A stretch of DNA of 38,065 nt from Bacillota bacterium (lineage in GTDB: Bacteria > Bacillota > Clostridia > Tissierellales > Sedimentibacteraceae): the NCBI GenBank assembly GCA_036815895.1, contig DAISER010000024.1, positions 1,248-39,312 of the forward strand, in the 5' to 3' direction. Each line of letters starts with the position of its first letter. Position 1 is the stretch's first letter. Of this stretch, positions 36,738-38,065 are shown piece by piece. Made by a program: the position numbers and the translations under genes. A model generated the notes under the pieces. The model searched no databases, was not told the origin of the DNA, and saw only the letters and a list, made by a program, of their open reading frames with translations.

Positions 36738-37508
36738 TTACAAATTAATTTTCTTTTCTAAAAGATAGCCGGAACATAAAGTCAGTAAAATTATTTGCAC
36801 TATAAACAGTGCGTTTGCCGGCATCAGTATGCGAAAGAATTCTGAAACTGTCGGCCAGGTCGTAAATTCAAAGTAATAATAAAAAGGTGTAAAAAGACCT
36901 GAAAGTTTTGATGACACATAAGAAATTGCCCAATTTAACAGTATAAATATTATAAAGCTTAATGCACCGCCGTATTTAATTTCTGAGAATATGCTTTTTC
37001 TTATGGTCATTGCGGTATAAGCAGTGGTCAGAAAACTGATAAGGAAAAGCAGTGCAGTCAGTAAGAAAATGAATACATGAGCCAGGTTGAAACCAAGGCT
37101 TCCAGAAACAAGTTTATCTACAGCATAAATAATGTCGCTGAAATTAATATTGGCCCCCAATACAATGTTTATATAAGTGCCGTTGATAATAATGAATATA
37201 AAATACAGCAGCAATATTGCAAAACCTTCAATAACAGCAGTTAAAAGCTTTGACACGATTATCTTGTATCCGCTGTTGGGAGTCATAAACAACATGTATC
37301 CTGATTTCTTATTTAAGTCATCACTGTACATCTTAATTATATCACCGATATACAAAATTGCCATAACCATTGGGAAAATAATCAAAAAGAATGAACTTCC
37401 GCTCGCACCTTTTGTAATCAGGAATATGTTTAATAAAGCCGAGACAATCATCGTGATTAGGACAAACTTATATTTTTTAACGAATTCATACTTGATTAAA
37501 TTAAGCAT
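36738..37508 (-). CDS. ABC-2 type transporter permease
   Basis: LIKYEF, GYMLFMTP, IIVSKLL; six TM segments; ATG after GGAGGT. Confidence 0.85.
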   Translation of the reverse strand: MLNLIKYEFVKKYKFVLITMIVSALLNIFLITKGASGSSFFLIIFPMVMAILYIGDIIKMYSDDLNKKSGYMLFMTPNSGYKIIVSKLLTAVIEGFAILLLYFIFIIINGTYINIVLGANINFSDIIYAVDKLVSGSLGFNLAHVFIFLLTALLFLISFLTTAYTAMTIRKSIFSEIKYGGALSFIIFILLNWAISYVSSKLSGLFTPFYYYFEFTTWPTVSEFFRILMPANALFIVQIILLTLCSGYLLEKKINL

Positions 37509-38064
37509 TTCTAAAAACCTCCTTGTATATTCCTTCAATGGACATCTCACGGGATATTCTCAATTCTTCGGCATCGCCTGAAAGTTCAACCGTACCGTCC
37601 TTTAAAAACAAGACAGAATCAAGAATCTTCTCAATCTCACTCACTAAATGCGTTGAGATAACAATTGTTTTATTTTCTTCGTAAGATCTGGTTATTAAGT
37701 TCATAATCACATCTCTGGACAATACATCAACTCCGTTTAAAGGTTCATCCAGCATATATAAATCGACGTCTCTTGATAAGGCAAGTGCTACCTTCAATTT
37801 CCCGACTAACCCCGAAGATAGCTTAGATACTCTGAAATCTGTATCTACATGGGTTTCTTCAAGAGTTTTAAAAGCATTTTCTTCCCGAAAGTCTTCATAC
37901 ATGTCCGCATAGAATTTAACTGCGTCTTTGACTTTAAAAGAATCGTACAGGAAATTTTCTGTAGGCATATAAGATATATTTGCTTTAGTTTTATATGATA
38001 GTGGTTCGTCATTTAATAAAACCTCGCCGGATGTTTGTTTGTGCAGACCGGCAATAATTTTCAT
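37501..38064 (-). CDS. ABC transporter ATP-binding protein, 3' part (5' end outside window)
   Basis: LSSG signature, YMLDEP Walker B, ISTH switch; Walker A lies beyond the window. Confidence 0.92.
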   Translation of the reverse strand: MKIIAGLHKQTSGEVLLNDEPLSYKTKANISYMPTENFLYDSFKVKDAVKFYADMYEDFREENAFKTLEETHVDTDFRVSKLSSGLVGKLKVALALSRDVDLYMLDEPLNGVDVLSRDVIMNLITRSYEENKTIVISTHLVSEIEKILDSVLFLKDGTVELSGDAEELRISREMSIEGIYKEVFRNA

Positions 38065-38065
38065 C

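Overview
AT-rich Firmicutes-type chromosomal housekeeping region. The gene content and sigma-A/T-box/S-box signals fit an anaerobic clostridial or Tissierellia-like organism (inference). In order: the end of a FASII operon (fabD partial, fabG, fabF, fabZ); a nine-gene V/A-type ATPase operon with a Na+-type c subunit; a FabX/FabK-like flavoprotein with a FabT-like operator; a proline T-box controlling putP; a convergent shikimate operon (aroF-aroB-aroA-aroC-chorismate mutase-aroK); an SLH surface protein, a lipoprotein and an HI0933 flavoprotein; THF riboswitch-folT divergent from fhs-folD; an EamA transporter, a SEC-C protein, mscL and a phosphodiester-glycosidase-family surface protein; SAM-I riboswitch-metK; and the end of an ABC transporter/DUF4097 operon. 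No CRISPR, transposase, rRNA or tRNA was seen. The best leads are non-coding: unexplained structured 200-250 nt segments between the riboswitch terminators and the start codons of putP and metK. The putP segment has twin GAGC-GAYA-GCGA-capped hairpins with a compensatory base change. Other leads are a long, apparently structured fhs leader, a Rex-like box upstream of the ATPase operon, a FolD lacking cyclohydrolase residues with no adjacent fchA, and alternative-sigma promoters. All structures were folded by eye.
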